Part shown: in pieces, positions 43,421 through 54,103 of the stretch | How the letters are laid out: every line of letters starts with the position of its first letter | How positions within the stretch are numbered: the first letter of the stretch is position 1 | Assembly: GCA_019163335.1 (NCBI GenBank) | Contig: JAFLKM010000026.1 | Location: forward strand, 26,347 to 90,346 | DNA: 64,000 nucleotides | Source of the DNA: Desulfobulbaceae bacterium | GTDB lineage: Bacteria > Desulfobacterota > Desulfobulbia > Desulfobulbales > Desulfocapsaceae | Reading direction: 5' to 3' | Notes under the pieces: generated by a model | The model's input: only the letters and a program-made list of their open reading frames with translations | Told to the model about the DNA's origin: nothing | Database searches by the model: none | Position numbers and translations under genes: made by a program

Positions 43421-44455
43421 ATGCGCAACATCAAGTTGTTATTTTTCTACACCCTTACTCTTTTATTCATTCTATCTGGAGAAACACTCATGGCAGAAAC
43501 GCAACTCAAAGACGGCCTCTACGCTAAGTTCATTACCGCCAAGGGCGAGATTATCTGCGCCCTGGAATTTGAAAAAACCCCACTCACTGTGGCCAATTTT
43601 GTGGGCCTTGCTGAAGGCACCAAAAACCTTGGGGGGGGCGCAGGCAAAGGTGGCGCCAGGTTTTATGACAATCTGACCTTTCACCGGGTCATCCCTGACT
43701 TTATGATTCAGGGCGGATGCCCATTAGGAACCGGCACCGGCGGCCCTGGCTATACTTTCCCGGACGAGATCGACCCCAGCCTGAAACACAGCGGCCCGGG
43801 TATCCTCTCCATGGCCAATGCCGGACCAGGCACCAACGGTAGCCAATTTTTCATCACCCATGTCGCTACCCCATGGCTGGACGGCAAGCACACCGTCTTT
43901 GGCCATGTCGTTGCAGGCATGGACGTTGTCAATAAAATCAAAGGCAATGACAAGCTGACCTCTGTAGAGATCATTCGCGTGGGCGCCAAGGCCAAGGCCT
44001 TCAAGAGCGATCAAGCAGCATTTGACGCCCTGCTTTCCAGCATGGATAAACGCGGCAAGGAAAAAGAGATGGCGGCCATAGAAGCCCAGGTCAAACATAT
44101 CAAGCAGCAATGGCCTGATGCCGTGAGCACTCCCTCCGGCCTTCAGTATGTGGTTACCCAGAAAGGCACGGGCACCAATACCCCAGCCTCGGGCACTATG
44201 GTCAAGGCCCACTATACCGGCAAACTGCTGGACGGCACCAAATTTGACAGCTCCGTTGATCGCGGCGAGCCGATCAGCTTTCCCGTTGGTAAGGGCAAGG
44301 TCATTAAGGGCTGGGATGAGGCCTTTTTAGCCATGACCAAAGGGGAAAAACGGGTCCTCATCATCCCCTCACACCTCGGCTACGGCCCATCCGGACGCGG
44401 CCCGATTCCCCCTAACTCAACCATGATCTTTGATGTGGAGCTGGTTGACTTCTAA
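43421..44455 (+). CDS. Cyclophilin + FKBP dual-family peptidyl-prolyl isomerase (alternative start ATG 43490)
   Basis: [40 protein letters not shown]; then [36 protein letters not shown]. Confidence 0.95.
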   Translation: MRNIKLLFFYTLTLLFILSGETLMAETQLKDGLYAKFITAKGEIICALEFEKTPLTVANFVGLAEGTKNLGGGAGKGGARFYDNLTFHRVIPDFMIQGGCPLGTGTGGPGYTFPDEIDPSLKHSGPGILSMANAGPGTNGSQFFITHVATPWLDGKHTVFGHVVAGMDVVNKIKGNDKLTSVEIIRVGAKAKAFKSDQAAFDALLSSMDKRGKEKEMAAIEAQVKHIKQQWPDAVSTPSGLQYVVTQKGTGTNTPASGTMVKAHYTGKLLDGTKFDSSVDRGEPISFPVGKGKVIKGWDEAFLAMTKGEKRVLIIPSHLGYGPSGRGPIPPNSTMIFDVELVDF

Positions 44456-44506
44456 TATGTGTGATTAGTCAGGTTAAAACCTGACTAATCATTGCTCATT
44501 CTACAC

Positions 44507-44554
44507 AAAAGCACAAAGGCCTTATCTGAAAACAGATAAGGCCTTTGTGCTTTT
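44507..44554. terminator. Bidirectional intrinsic terminator between convergent PPIase and cyclase genes
   Basis: AAAAGCACAAAGGCCTTATCTG-aaaa-CAGATAAGGCCTTTGTGCTTTT perfect inverted repeat. Confidence 0.8.
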
Positions 44555-44842
44555 CACTCCCACACGGGGCTCCTCCACGAGGTTCCCATAAGGTACGGCC
44601 AGAGGGCAAAAAATATCTGCCCCCCTTTCCTCATCGTTTATTAAATAGCCAGTTAGATCTGAGAACTTACGTTCAACAAGCCGATAAGCCTTCTGGCGAT
44701 CGAGGCGGCAGGCTTATCGGCTGCAATCTGACCATCACCCTTCCTTCATGGATTGAGTCGTTGGCCATCATTGATAATGATAGGTGCAAACAGCTGAAAC
44801 CTTAGCCAGCATAAGGGCTTGTAACGAAAAAATCTTTTGGGA

Positions 44843-46225
44843 TCAATCATCATTGCCCGGCGCCACAGACATCTCTGTGTAGACTCGAACCTGATTCCGG
44901 CCATGTTCCTTGGCCTGATAAAGGGCCTTGTCAGCCATATCAACAAACCTGTCTCCATTGTCCGGGGTGTGGGCTTTGAGGGAGGCGACTCCGATACTGC
45001 AGAAGACCTGGTGACTGTGCTGGGCGTCCTGGTAGATATGTAATTCCGCCGCAGCACGGATCTTTTCGGCACAGATAGCCGCAGACTCCAGATTAGTGTG
45101 AGGGAGAAGGACGACAAACTCCTCGCCGCCGTATCGTGCACAGATATCCGTTTTTCTCGACTGTGTGCGTAAAATAGCCGCAAATTCCTCCAAGACCAGA
45201 TCACCAAACGCGTGCCCACAGTTGTCATTGATTTTTTTAAAGTAATCAAGATCAAGGATAAGACAGGAAAACTCATGACGGTGCCGAACCGCCAAGGCAA
45301 ACTCCCGGTCAAGCGCCTCTTGCAGATATCGTCGATTGTAGAGACCGGTAAGTCCATCCCTGCGGGCCAGATATTCGAGCTTTTTATTCAGTTCCTCCAC
45401 CTGCTTGACGTATCGTCTGGCCCGAAGGTGGATCTCCACCCTCGCTATCAGCTCCTCTTCGATAAATGGTTTGTACAGGTAATCAGTAACCCCTGCCTTG
45501 AAGAAGGAGAGGACAAGCTCCTTCTCGCTGAAGGCGCTAACCACGAGAATTGGCACTTGATCTAGCTTTGGCTTCTGCCGGACGAGCTTGCAGACTTCAT
45601 CCCCACACATCTCCGGCATCATATAATCGGTGAGGATCAGATCCAGAGTACCTGAAAAATTCTCAATAATCTGAATGGCTTCCAGGCCGTTCGATGCGGC
45701 CAGAACAGTGACGCCGATGCGCATCAAAATCATCTGGATAATCCGCCTGACCGAGGAAGAGTCATCAATAACCAGGGCGGTCATGCCGGCAAACAACGCA
45801 GGGGGGGAAAGGATATTATTAACTATCTTTGCAAGATCATGCGGCTGGAACGGTTTGGAAACAAAGACGGTAACCCCAAGCTGAAAGCCGCGCCGGCGAC
45901 TTTCAAGGGTGTCCCTGGCAGAAACAAAGATGACCGGAATGTCAACATGCAAATGGTCTCCCGATTCTTTCGATTTCTCAAGGAGACGTTCGCACACCTC
46001 AAATCCATTCATGACCGGCATATCAATATCTAGGGTGATCAGGTCGGGTTTTTTACTCATCCATTCAATCATAACCAGAGCTTCCATACCGCTTTCTGCA
46101 GTCAGAACCGTATAACCCTCCTCTTCGAGCTCCCTGGCAATGATTGTACGGATAGTAGCGCTGTCATCGACAATCAAGATAGTTTTATCTTTCAAGGCAC
46201 TGATCTCCCAGCTTGTATTGAACAA
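44843..46225 (-). CDS. PleD-like REC-REC-GGDEF diguanylate cyclase (true start possibly TTG 46195)
   Basis: Two receiver domains (ITLDIDMP, ILTDYMMP), DGLTGLYNRR, DLDYFKKIND..GH..GD, I-site RKTD, GGEEF. Confidence 0.95.
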   Translation of the reverse strand: MFNTSWEISALKDKTILIVDDSATIRTIIARELEEEGYTVLTAESGMEALVMIEWMSKKPDLITLDIDMPVMNGFEVCERLLEKSKESGDHLHVDIPVIFVSARDTLESRRRGFQLGVTVFVSKPFQPHDLAKIVNNILSPPALFAGMTALVIDDSSSVRRIIQMILMRIGVTVLAASNGLEAIQIIENFSGTLDLILTDYMMPEMCGDEVCKLVRQKPKLDQVPILVVSAFSEKELVLSFFKAGVTDYLYKPFIEEELIARVEIHLRARRYVKQVEELNKKLEYLARRDGLTGLYNRRYLQEALDREFALAVRHRHEFSCLILDLDYFKKINDNCGHAFGDLVLEEFAAILRTQSRKTDICARYGGEEFVVLLPHTNLESAAICAEKIRAAAELHIYQDAQHSHQVFCSIGVASLKAHTPDNGDRFVDMADKALYQAKEHGRNQVRVYTEMSVAPGNDD

Positions 46226-46553
46226 AAGGTGACACCATCATTGCTTGCGCAACCAGCAACCACAGCCATAAAGGGAAAACAAATCCATCCCTTCTACTCC
46301 CTGCCTGTTTTTGAAAAATAATTCATTCCAGGAATGTTCTTAAAATCTATACCCTGGGTCCAAATGATTGCATTACAGTCCCTTCGCCGTCGCCATTTTC
46401 AGGCCAGCATGAAGTGTCAAGGCTGCCAAGACTGCTCGCTTTTCAGTGAGCACGAAGGTATTTTTTGACCTTTACTGTCTTGGCGGACTCGTGCTCATGG
46501 AGAATTGCAACCACCCACCCGAAACAGCGAGGGTCTCTTAAAGGTAAGCGCAG

Positions 46554-46582
46554 GGGTGGATGCGATATCGCATCCACCCTAC
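46554..46582 (-). repeat. GTAG-type REP-like palindrome downstream of trpS
   Basis: Minus: GTAGGGTGGATGCGATATCGCATCCACCC; perfect 26-bp palindrome at 46554-46579; single copy in the window. Confidence 0.5.
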
Positions 46583-46590
46583 CTCATTTT

Positions 46591-47556
46591 TTAATATTTT
46601 AACCCCACCCGCTCACGCACCAGATCAAGAGTCCCGATCGCCTTGGCACGGGCCTTGTCAGCCCCGCTTTTTAGAATCTCCCGCAGCCTGGCCGGATTGG
46701 CAAGATATTCGGCTTTTTTCTTCCGTGCTTCCGCAAAATAATCACTGATAAGATCAAACAGCTCTAACTTGAGATATCCATAGGCAGCCCCGCCATTGAC
46801 ATACAAATCACGCACCTCCTGCAAACGATCAGGTGTGGCAAAGAGCGTTAACAGGGCATAAAGATTACACTTATCCGGATCTTTTGGTTCCTCCACCGGA
46901 GTTGCATCGGTCTCGATGGCCATAATCCGTTTTTTCAAGGCCTTTCCTTCCAGAAAGATGGGAATGGTATTGCCATAGGATTTGGACATCTTCCGCCCAT
47001 CGAGACCGGGAACAGTGGCCATCGCCTTATTAATGGCCGGTTCAGGAACAACAAAGGTCTCACCGAAGAGATTGTTGAACTTTTGTGCCAGATCACGGGC
47101 CACCTCCAGATGCTGCTTCTGATCCTGTCCGACCGGAACCTGATCCGCCTGATAGAGGAGGATATCAGCGGCCATAAGCACGGGATAGGAGAACAGCCCG
47201 TGACTGGGTTCAATCCCGTTAGCGATCTTGTCCTTGTAGGAATGACAGCGCTCAATCAGGCCCATGGGTGCGATGGTGGACAGTATCCAGGTCAGCTCAC
47301 ACACCTCAGGCACATCCGATTGCACCCAGAAGGTACAGCGTTCAGGGTCAAGGCCCAGGGCCAGAAAGTCAGCGGCAGCTTCAAGGGTGCCGGTGGCCAG
47401 ACGATCGCGGTCATGCACCGAGGTCATGGCATGCAGATCGACGATAAAAACATACAGATCGGAGGTCTCCATGTGGGAGATCATGGTCTGCATCATGCCA
47501 AAATAATTTCCGATATGAAGCTGACCGGAGGGCTGGATTCCAGATAAAATTTTCAT
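46591..47556 (-). CDS. trpS: Tryptophanyl-tRNA synthetase
   Basis: SGIQPSG.LHIGNY, YPVLMAADIL, VPVGQDQKQHLE, KMSKS. Confidence 0.98.
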   Translation of the reverse strand: MKILSGIQPSGQLHIGNYFGMMQTMISHMETSDLYVFIVDLHAMTSVHDRDRLATGTLEAAADFLALGLDPERCTFWVQSDVPEVCELTWILSTIAPMGLIERCHSYKDKIANGIEPSHGLFSYPVLMAADILLYQADQVPVGQDQKQHLEVARDLAQKFNNLFGETFVVPEPAINKAMATVPGLDGRKMSKSYGNTIPIFLEGKALKKRIMAIETDATPVEEPKDPDKCNLYALLTLFATPDRLQEVRDLYVNGGAAYGYLKLELFDLISDYFAEARKKKAEYLANPARLREILKSGADKARAKAIGTLDLVRERVGLKY

Positions 47557-47670
47557 GATAGTCGAAATAAGGAAAGAGGATCAAGTGAGAAGCAATTGGA
47601 ATTCATTGCAGATTGTAAAAACCAGAACACACTCGTGAAGCATCAACGAGGCGACATTATACCGTAAAAA

Positions 47671-47715
47671 CATAAAAGGGAGTGAGAAAAAATACTTTCC
47701 TCACTCCCTTTTATG
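47671..47715 (-). terminator. Intrinsic terminator downstream of dnaK
   Basis: CATAAAAGGGAGTGAG...CTCACTCCCTTTTATG inverted repeat. Confidence 0.7.
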
Positions 47716-47782
47716 ATCATTCACTTAAAAACCGGGCACAGAATCTTTTTCGTAAAAAAGACCTGGCGTCAAGACAAGTTTG

Positions 47783-49705
47783 TTATTTCTTGTCGTCTTT
47801 AACCTCTTCAAAGTCAGCGTCAACTACATCGTCATCTTTGGGTGCGGAGCCGCCAGCCCCACCACCCGCTGCATGCGCACCGTCACCGGCACCCTGCTTC
47901 GAGGCCTGGGAGTACATGATTTCAGCCAGCTTGTGAGACGCCGTGGTTAAAGCCTCAATGGCACTCTTCAAGGCATCGATATCGTCGCCAGTGGCAGCGG
48001 CCTTGACTTTCTCGATCTCTTTTTCCACATTACCCTTCGTCTCTGCGTCCACCTTGTCACCAAGCTCTTTGAGACTTTTCTCAGTGGCATGGATCATGGA
48101 ATCGGCATTATTTCGAGTATCAACCAGTTCACGGCGCTTATGATCCTCGGCAGCATGCAACTCTGCATCCCGCGTCATTTTCTCGATATCCTCTTTCGAA
48201 AGACCGGAAGAGGCAGTAATCCGGATGGACTGCTCCTTGCCGGTGCCAAGATCTTTTGCCGAGACATGGAGGATGCCGTTGGCATCAAGGTCAAAGGAGA
48301 CCTCAATCTGCGGCACACCGCGCGGTGCCATGGGAATGTCAGACAGCTCAAACCGTCCAATGGTCTTATTATCCTGGGCCATCTCCCGCTCACCCTGAAG
48401 AACATGGATGGACACTGCCGGCTGGTTATCTGCGGCGGTGGAGAAGATCTGACTCTTCTTGGTGGGAATGGTGGTGTTCTTTTCAATCAGTTTTGTGGTC
48501 ACCCCGCCCAAGGTTTCGATTCCAAGGGAAAGAGGAGTAACATCAAGCAGAAGGACATCCTTCACATCCCCGCCCAGAACGCCGCCCTGAATTGCCGCAC
48601 CGATGGCAACAACCTCATCAGGATTAACACCCTTATGCGGCTCTTTCCCGAAAATCTCCTTGACCTTGGCCTGAACTTTAGGCATCCGAGTCATGCCGCC
48701 CACAAGAATAATCTCATTGATATCCTTGGCAGTCAGGCCGGCATCTTTCATGGCCGTCCGGCAGGGCGCAACAGTACGCTCGATGAGATCATCCACCAGG
48801 CTTTCCAGCTTTGCCCGACTGAGCTTGATATTCAAATGCTTTGGCCCGGAGGCATCAGCGGTAATAAAAGGCAGATTTATGTCGGTCTCCATGGTGGTGG
48901 AAAGCTCCATCTTGGCCTTTTCCGCCTCTTCCTTCAAGCGTTGCAATGCCATTTTATCGTTGCGCAGATCAATTCCCTGACTGCGATTAAACTCATCGGC
49001 CAACCAGTTGACAATACGCATGTCAAAATCTTCACCGCCCAGGAATGTATCGCCGTTGGTGGATTTTACTTCAAACACACCATCCCCGATCTCAAGGACA
49101 GAGACATCAAAGGTACCACCGCCAAGATCAAAAACCGCGATTTTCTCCTCGCCTTTTTTATCCAGCCCATAAGCCAGAGACGCTGCGGTGGGCTCGTTGA
49201 TGATTCTCAATACATTTAATCCCGCAATTTTGCCTGCATCCTTGGTGGCCTGACGCTGAGCATCATTGAAATAGGCAGGGACTGTCACCACGGCGTCCGT
49301 GACTTCTTCTCCCAGATACTCCTCGGCAGTCTTTTTCATCTTACCCAGGATCATGGCCGAAACCTCAGCCGGGGTATACGTCTTGCCATCTACTTCGATG
49401 CTGGCGGCCCCGCCCTTTCCGGACACGATCTTGAATGGGCTGATCTGCACTGACTTTTTCACTTCAGCATCATCAAAATTCCGTCCGATTAAACGCTTGA
49501 CTGCATACAGGGTTCGCTCGGGATTGGTGACCGCCTGACGTTTCGCAACCTGGCCGACAATCCTCTCATTATTATCGCTAAAAGCCACAATCGAAGGGGT
49601 TGTCCGATTCCCCTCAACATTGGTTATGACCTTGGGATCGCCGCCTTCCATAATGGCTACACAAGAGTTGGTCGTTCCCAGATCTATTCCTATTATCTTT
49701 CCCAT
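47783..49705 (-). CDS. dnaK: Chaperone DnaK
   Basis: [49 protein letters not shown]. Confidence 0.99.
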   Translation of the reverse strand: MGKIIGIDLGTTNSCVAIMEGGDPKVITNVEGNRTTPSIVAFSDNNERIVGQVAKRQAVTNPERTLYAVKRLIGRNFDDAEVKKSVQISPFKIVSGKGGAASIEVDGKTYTPAEVSAMILGKMKKTAEEYLGEEVTDAVVTVPAYFNDAQRQATKDAGKIAGLNVLRIINEPTAASLAYGLDKKGEEKIAVFDLGGGTFDVSVLEIGDGVFEVKSTNGDTFLGGEDFDMRIVNWLADEFNRSQGIDLRNDKMALQRLKEEAEKAKMELSTTMETDINLPFITADASGPKHLNIKLSRAKLESLVDDLIERTVAPCRTAMKDAGLTAKDINEIILVGGMTRMPKVQAKVKEIFGKEPHKGVNPDEVVAIGAAIQGGVLGGDVKDVLLLDVTPLSLGIETLGGVTTKLIEKNTTIPTKKSQIFSTAADNQPAVSIHVLQGEREMAQDNKTIGRFELSDIPMAPRGVPQIEVSFDLDANGILHVSAKDLGTGKEQSIRITASSGLSKEDIEKMTRDAELHAAEDHKRRELVDTRNNADSMIHATEKSLKELGDKVDAETKGNVEKEIEKVKAAATGDDIDALKSAIEALTTASHKLAEIMYSQASKQGAGDGAHAAGGGAGGSAPKDDDVVDADFEEVKDDKK

Positions 49706-50021
49706 AATTGTTCCTCTCCTTTTCTCAAGATACAAAAGAGGTCATTGTGCAGATTATTGTGCCCACATGACCCTTGTTATTTCCAATGTCTATGTTCATT
49801 TTTTTCCGAAGCTGCATAGGCTTGCCTGCGGAAAAATATTCATCTTTCAACCACGTTTACAATGTGTATCATCCTTCTATTGTCAAGGGAATCACTCCCT
49901 CTTTCACGGCTTGTTCTCAACCTCTGCAAATAAATATCCGACCAGATGAAAAGCTAGAACGGCATAAGAACAGCCCAAAACAGGCCTCAGCGAGCTGATC
50001 AGTCTCAACAGCCCCTGAAAA

Positions 50022-50603
50022 TCAGGAAGCAGCCTTGCCCGATGAGACTATCACCTTGGCAACCCGCAATAAACGGTCTTTGTAAAAATATCCTTTTTCA
50101 AACTCACTCAGGACATGACTGGCCGGGACCTCATCACTGGCTTCCATAACCAAGGCTTCGTGAATTTTCGGATCGAAGGGCTTCCCGATACTGTTCATGG
50201 GTTTTACCTCAAACTTTTCAAGTGCCGCCAACAGGCTTTTCAAGGTAAGCTGAACCCCTTCCAGCAATGATGCCAGATTTGCCTGTGCATCTACGCCCGC
50301 CACCACACCCTGAGCCAGCGCCCGCTCTAGATTGTCAACAACCGGCAAAATCTCCCGCAAGACCGATTCGCTGGCATACTTCAAGGCTGACAGGCGATCC
50401 CGCTCCATCCGTTTTTTATAATTGTCAAATTCTGCAGCGGTTCGCAACATCTTGTCCCGGAACCCGGCAATTTCCTCCTCGGCAGCAAGCAACTTTTCCT
50501 CCACTGTCTTCCCTGCATCCTGGGCAGCTGTCTCTTCCGATTCGGTTGCGTTTTGCGCCTCGCCCGTCTCAGGAATCACTTCATTTTCTTGTTCTTTCCC
50601 CAC
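50022..50603 (-). CDS. grpE: Nucleotide exchange factor GrpE
   Basis: AEFDNYKKR, LPVVDNLERA, FDPKIHEA, KGY...RLLR; upstream of dnaK. Confidence 0.97.
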   Translation of the reverse strand: MGKEQENEVIPETGEAQNATESEETAAQDAGKTVEEKLLAAEEEIAGFRDKMLRTAAEFDNYKKRMERDRLSALKYASESVLREILPVVDNLERALAQGVVAGVDAQANLASLLEGVQLTLKSLLAALEKFEVKPMNSIGKPFDPKIHEALVMEASDEVPASHVLSEFEKGYFYKDRLLRVAKVIVSSGKAAS

Positions 50604-50713
50604 CTGCGCTTCCCCCTTTCTTAACCAGCAAAATCAACACTGTCCCCCTGCCTATCTCCCAAAAAACCAATAATCAGAACTACCTGCTTTTATTGACCTT
50701 CAACGTGAAGCGA

Positions 50714-50742
50714 ACAATAAGGAGCCCTATTTTCCTTGTCAA
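50714..50742 (-). promoter_or_regulatory. Putative grpE-dnaK promoter
   Basis: TTGACA-17-TATTGT on minus; no CIRCE inverted repeat seen nearby. Confidence 0.5.
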
Positions 50743-51068
50743 GACAGGAAAACAGGAGGGAGATCCTGTCTTGTCGTTTCTCCCAGCCTCGTCCACGCCA
50801 GTATCAAGTCATAGGGTTCAACACAATCCTGCATTCTCAACTTAACAAACACCATGAAAAAACCGGCAGAGCAGTACCAGATCAGCCAACCGCCAAAAAT
50901 ACATGCCAAATTCAATTTTTAAAATGGCATCTCTCATGCCACAGGCAACTTTCAGACAAACTTCTCAAGTTAGCTTGAGATTTAAGAGAAAAGGCCATAT
51001 ATTGTCATGCAGTTCCCCACCCCTCAACCAAACAACGAACATCTGAAATATTTTCACGGAGCAAGCGT

Positions 51069-52139
51069 ATGGATTTTGAACCAAAATGGATCGCCTGGGA
51101 GATCACCCGGCGATGCAACCTGAAATGTGTCCATTGCCGCTCTTCTTCCACCCTTGACGCCAACGACCATCCCGACTTTCCTTTCAGCGAAGCAACCCGT
51201 ATTCTCGACGAAATTGCAGCCTATGCCAACCCGGTGATTGTGCTTTCCGGCGGCGAGCCCTTGCTTCGCGAGGATGTCTTTGAAATTGCTCAATACGGTA
51301 CCGACAAGGGCTTGCGCATGTGCCTTGCCACCAATGGCACTCTTGTCACCCAGGCCATCTGCACCAAGATTAAAGCTGCCGGGATCAAGATGGTTTCCCT
51401 GAGCCTCGACGGGGCCAAGGCCGAGACCCATGACAATTTCCGAAACCAGGAAGGTGCCTTTGCCGGAACGATGAATGCCATCGCTCTTTTTAACGAAAAC
51501 GAAATTCCCTTTTTGATCAACTCATCGTTTACCGTGCGTAACCGGGAAGAGATTCCCGAAATTTACAAACTGGTCAAACACTTAGGGGCCTCTGCCTGGT
51601 ACATGTTCATGATCGTGCCCACCGGACGCGGTGAGGACATTATGGAAGAGCTGATTCCGGAGAAGATTTATGACGAGATTCTGGAGTGGCATTACAATGT
51701 GGAAAAGGAAGAGAACGAGCTGCTTATGCGGCCGACCTGCGCCCCCCATTATTATCGGATCGTTCGTCAGAAGGCCAAAGAAGAGGGCAGCAGCTTCAAG
51801 CGTCGTAATCTGAAATTTTCCACCGGCGGCTCCAAGGGCTGCCTCGCCGGTCAGCTCATCTGCCTGATCGATGTGGACGAAAATATCCTGCCCTGCAGCT
51901 ACTTCCCCAAATCCGCCGGAAATCTCAAAGAACTCTCCTTCAAGGAGATCTGGGAAAAATCCAGCCTGTTCCAGGAACTTCGGGACTTTAAGGGCTACAA
52001 AGACAACTGCGGTCGCTGCGAATATGTCAATGTATGCGGCGGTTGTCGGGCCCGGGCCTACGCCATGACCGGCGACTATCTGGCCCAGGAGCCATTTTGC
52101 AGCTATGTGCCGGGAAAGACAGCAGCCCTCGGTAAATAA
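51069..52139 (+). CDS. ahbD: Radical SAM/SPASM enzyme, AhbD (heme b synthase)-like
   Basis: [59 protein letters not shown]; directly upstream of hemE. Confidence 0.7.
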   Translation: MDFEPKWIAWEITRRCNLKCVHCRSSSTLDANDHPDFPFSEATRILDEIAAYANPVIVLSGGEPLLREDVFEIAQYGTDKGLRMCLATNGTLVTQAICTKIKAAGIKMVSLSLDGAKAETHDNFRNQEGAFAGTMNAIALFNENEIPFLINSSFTVRNREEIPEIYKLVKHLGASAWYMFMIVPTGRGEDIMEELIPEKIYDEILEWHYNVEKEENELLMRPTCAPHYYRIVRQKAKEEGSSFKRRNLKFSTGGSKGCLAGQLICLIDVDENILPCSYFPKSAGNLKELSFKEIWEKSSLFQELRDFKGYKDNCGRCEYVNVCGGCRARAYAMTGDYLAQEPFCSYVPGKTAALGK

Positions 52140-52184
52140 ATTACATTCACCTTTTTCTCATCCTTTGATTTTTCAGATACAATT

Positions 52185-53216
52185 ATGAATGATACCTTCC
52201 TCAAGGCCTGCCGTGGCGAAAAAACCGACTACACCCCCATCTGGATGATGCGCCAGGCTGGACGTTACCTCCCTGAATACCAGAAGGTGCGGGCCAACTT
52301 CACCTTTCTCGAGCTGTGCAAGACCCCCGAACTCTGCGTCGAGGTAACCCTGCAGCCCGTTGATATTCTTGGAGTAGATGCCGCCATTCTGTTCTCGGAC
52401 ATCCTTATTCCGATGGAGGCTATGGGTGCCCCCCTCTATTTCCATGAAGGCCGCGGCCCAATCTTTCCAGAACCCGTCCGCACAAGAGAAGCCCTTGATC
52501 GGCTCATCGTCCCCGACCCCGAACTGCACACCGGCTTTGTCATGGAGACCATCCGCCTCCTGCGCAAAGAGCTGAAGGTGCCCCTCATCGGTTTTTCCGG
52601 GGCGCCCTTCACCCTGGCCACCTACCTGATTGAAGGCGGCTCCTCCAAGGTTTTCTGGGAGACCAAGAAAATGATGTTCACCCAGCCTGACCTTTTTCAT
52701 AGCCTGATGGAAAAGATCACCGCCTGCACCAGCCTTTACCTTCAGGCCCAGGCTCGGGCCGGTGCACAGGCCCTGCAGATTTTTGATTCCTGGGCGGGAG
52801 TCCTGGCCCCCTGCGACTTTGAAGAATTTGCCCTGCCCTATGTGCAAAAGATTATCAGCGACCTGAAGGCAACCGGCCTGCCCATCATCTATTTCGCCAA
52901 TAACGGTGCAACTCTGCTTGAGCTCTCCGTCCAATCTGGGGCCGATGTCCTGGGGCTGGACTGGCGAATTGATATCGGAGATGCCGTCAAGGTGGTCGGG
53001 AACAGGGCCGTCCAAGGGAACATTGACCCGTTTGCGTTGATGCTGCCGAAAGACAAGCTGCGCCAACGCATCGGCAACCTCCTCCATGGGGCCAGAAATG
53101 CCCATGGCCATATCTTTAATCTAGGCCATGGCATCCACCAGTTTACCCCGCCGGATCAGGCCAAAATCGCCATTGATGCCGTGCATGAACTTAGTGCCAA
53201 TCATAAATATAGATAA
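52185..53216 (+). CDS. hemE: Uroporphyrinogen decarboxylase
   Basis: PIWMMRQAGRYLPEY, DAAILFSDIL, LIGFSGAPFTLATY, QIFDSW, QGNIDP, IFNLGHG. Confidence 0.98.
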   Translation: MNDTFLKACRGEKTDYTPIWMMRQAGRYLPEYQKVRANFTFLELCKTPELCVEVTLQPVDILGVDAAILFSDILIPMEAMGAPLYFHEGRGPIFPEPVRTREALDRLIVPDPELHTGFVMETIRLLRKELKVPLIGFSGAPFTLATYLIEGGSSKVFWETKKMMFTQPDLFHSLMEKITACTSLYLQAQARAGAQALQIFDSWAGVLAPCDFEEFALPYVQKIISDLKATGLPIIYFANNGATLLELSVQSGADVLGLDWRIDIGDAVKVVGNRAVQGNIDPFALMLPKDKLRQRIGNLLHGARNAHGHIFNLGHGIHQFTPPDQAKIAIDAVHELSANHKYR

Positions 53217-53218
53217 TC

Positions 53219-53809
53219 ATGAGCTCCAACATTCCAACAAGAGAGCAATGCCTGGCCCTGATGGATCAATATGGCATGCTTGCCAATATCCGGGCCCACT
53301 CCCTGCTTGTCACGAATGTTGCCGAAGAAATTTTGGACGGGCTGATGGAAAAAAACGAGAGTGGAGTCAGTCTACCGGAAAAAGAATTGGTGCTGGCCGG
53401 GGCCCTGCTGCACGACATCGCCAAGACCATCTGCCTGCAGCAGGACTGCCTGCATGCCCAGAAGGGACGAGATATTTGTCTGGAGCACGGATATCCGGCC
53501 ATCAGCGAAATCGTCTGTGAGCACGTGCTCCTGAAAGAGTTTTCCCCTGAACGCTACGCCCAGGGGATCTTTTTTGCCAAAGAAATTGTCTACTATGCCG
53601 ACAAGCGGGTTTGCCACGACACCATCGTCTCCATCGAGGAACGATTGGCCTACATCCTGGAACGGTATGGCAACAATGACGAGGAACGTTTTCAACGGAT
53701 CAAGGATAATTTTAAGCGTTGCCGGATTCTGGAAGGCCACCTGTTTTCCCGCATTAACTTTGCCCCGGATGAGCTGGCGGAGAAGGTTGCAATTTCTGGT
53801 AAAAATTGA
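53219..53809 (+). CDS. HD-domain metal-dependent hydrolase
   Basis: IRAHS, GALLHDIAKT, HAQKG, EHV, YYADKRV; starts 2 nt after hemE. Confidence 0.88.
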   Translation: MSSNIPTREQCLALMDQYGMLANIRAHSLLVTNVAEEILDGLMEKNESGVSLPEKELVLAGALLHDIAKTICLQQDCLHAQKGRDICLEHGYPAISEIVCEHVLLKEFSPERYAQGIFFAKEIVYYADKRVCHDTIVSIEERLAYILERYGNNDEERFQRIKDNFKRCRILEGHLFSRINFAPDELAEKVAISGKN

Positions 53810-54038
53810 GGAGACGGCTCCAGATCTAATAGAGGGATCTCGTAGACGAGGGGGAAGGTGGGAAAGTGGGAAACTTTGCCGGGAGGTTGGACGGGATTAT
53901 TTTAATCGCTTTGCTATGTGTTTTTTCTTTTTGGGTTTTGATGCTGCGGGTACCTGATGTTGCTGCGGGCGTCAACCGATGTAGAGCGGCCGCCCCAAGA
54001 ACAGCCGGAATAGATTGGCTGTTCTTGGGTGCGGCATA

Positions 54039-54103
54039 AGAGTCCGTAAATGCCAAGGGCAAGCAAGGTGAAGCCTTTGCTTGCCCTTGGCATAACGGAC
54101 TCT
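54039..54103. terminator. Long hairpin at the end of the paaK/liv operon (convergent with the HD gene)
   Basis: AGAGTCCGT.AATGCCAAGGGCAAGCAA...TTGCTTGCCCTTGGCAT.ACGGACTCT; second hairpin at 53994-54029. Confidence 0.6.

Noticed and set aside
46226..46550. c-di-GMP riboswitch upstream of the diguanylate cyclase
   Set aside because: Some pairing is possible but no GEMM-I/II consensus was found on the minus strand.
49706..51068. CIRCE/HAIR heat-shock operators and a sigma54 site
   Set aside because: No TTAGCACTC-N9-GAGTGCTAA; TCTCAAG-N4-CTTGAGA has the wrong orientation and spacing for HAIR; TGGCA-N7-TGCCA only weakly fits -24/-12.
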